Assembly (NCBI RefSeq): GCF_004010195.1
Contig: NC_057757.1
Location: 2,440,356-2,460,355 of the forward strand
From: Chiloscyllium plagiosum
Lineage: Eukaryota
Direction: 5' to 3'
Length of the DNA stretch: 20,000 nt
Positions 19,455 to 20,000 of this stretch are shown here, piece by piece. A program made the position numbers and the translations under genes. Under the pieces are notes generated by a model that did no database searches, had not been told where the DNA came from, and saw only the letters and a list, made by a program, of their open reading frames with translations. Positions within the stretch are counted from its first letter, which is position 1. Every line of letters begins with the position of its first letter.

Positions 19455-20000
19455 ACTCTTCCCTCCCATCCCCCCCTCCTGTCTCCACAACACCAGCATT
19501 CACCCCTCACCACCATCCTCCCCTTAACTCCTCCTGTTTGCCTATGAGCTTCCTCAATTTCCCCCTCTATCACCTTCACCCTTCCCTCCACATCCTTGTC
19601 GCTCTAATATTACAAATATTTCTCCTTTTTCCCCTAGTAATCCACCACTCCCTTTTAAATACACACTGTGACTCGCCCCTACCTTTCACCCCATGTCACC
19701 ATGCACCCTTCAAATTCTGCACCCCCTTTCCCTGACTCCCACCACCTTCCTCCTTGTTTCCCAAGCTTAGTTTGCTCTCCAGACCCCTCTCACCATATTC
19801 CCTCCTCCTTCCCATGCCCCCATATCACCTTCCATCTTTCCTCATTGTGTCATGCCAATAACCTCCCGAAACACACGCTCCGACCACCCCATCCCCGTTC
19901 CCTTCCTCCTTCCACCTCTCCCTCCTGGCACAGCTCCTTCTCTCGCCTCCTCAGACCTCACCCATTCCCCTCAACTCACCTCTCCCCTTCATCCTCCCTT
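19455..20000. repeat. Low-complexity polypyrimidine/polypurine tract (C/T-rich on +, G-rich on the CNTROB sense strand)
   Basis: Dense CCCC and CCT runs with very few G over ~550 nt. Confidence 0.85.

Overview
Eukaryotic (vertebrate) genomic DNA, most likely from a shark, judging by the HE1-like V-SINE, CR1, Rex1 and Penelope-type repeat content. The window holds the 5' part of a centrobin (CNTROB) gene on the minus strand. Six coding exons (19325-18684, 15282-15198, 13475-13385, 9800-9614, 3728-3612, 2471-2355) splice in frame via GT-AG introns into 413 codons, and the gene continues beyond position 1. The introns are packed with decayed retroelements. The most notable structures are: a two-part local inverted duplication (~300 bp, 93-96% identical) next to exon 4; a 670-bp solo LTR with a 5-bp target-site duplication (TSD) splitting a SINE; a three-layer CR1>SINE>Rex1 nest; and palindromic Penelope-type inserts whose hammerhead-ribozyme-like cores are retained only on the strand antisense to the host gene. 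There is also a ~69-bp minisatellite and an expanded Ser/Pro-rich first coding exon with an overlapping uORF and an RVxF-type motif. I see no convincing evidence of a wholly new multi-gene system. All homology calls are from recalled sequence features, not database searches.
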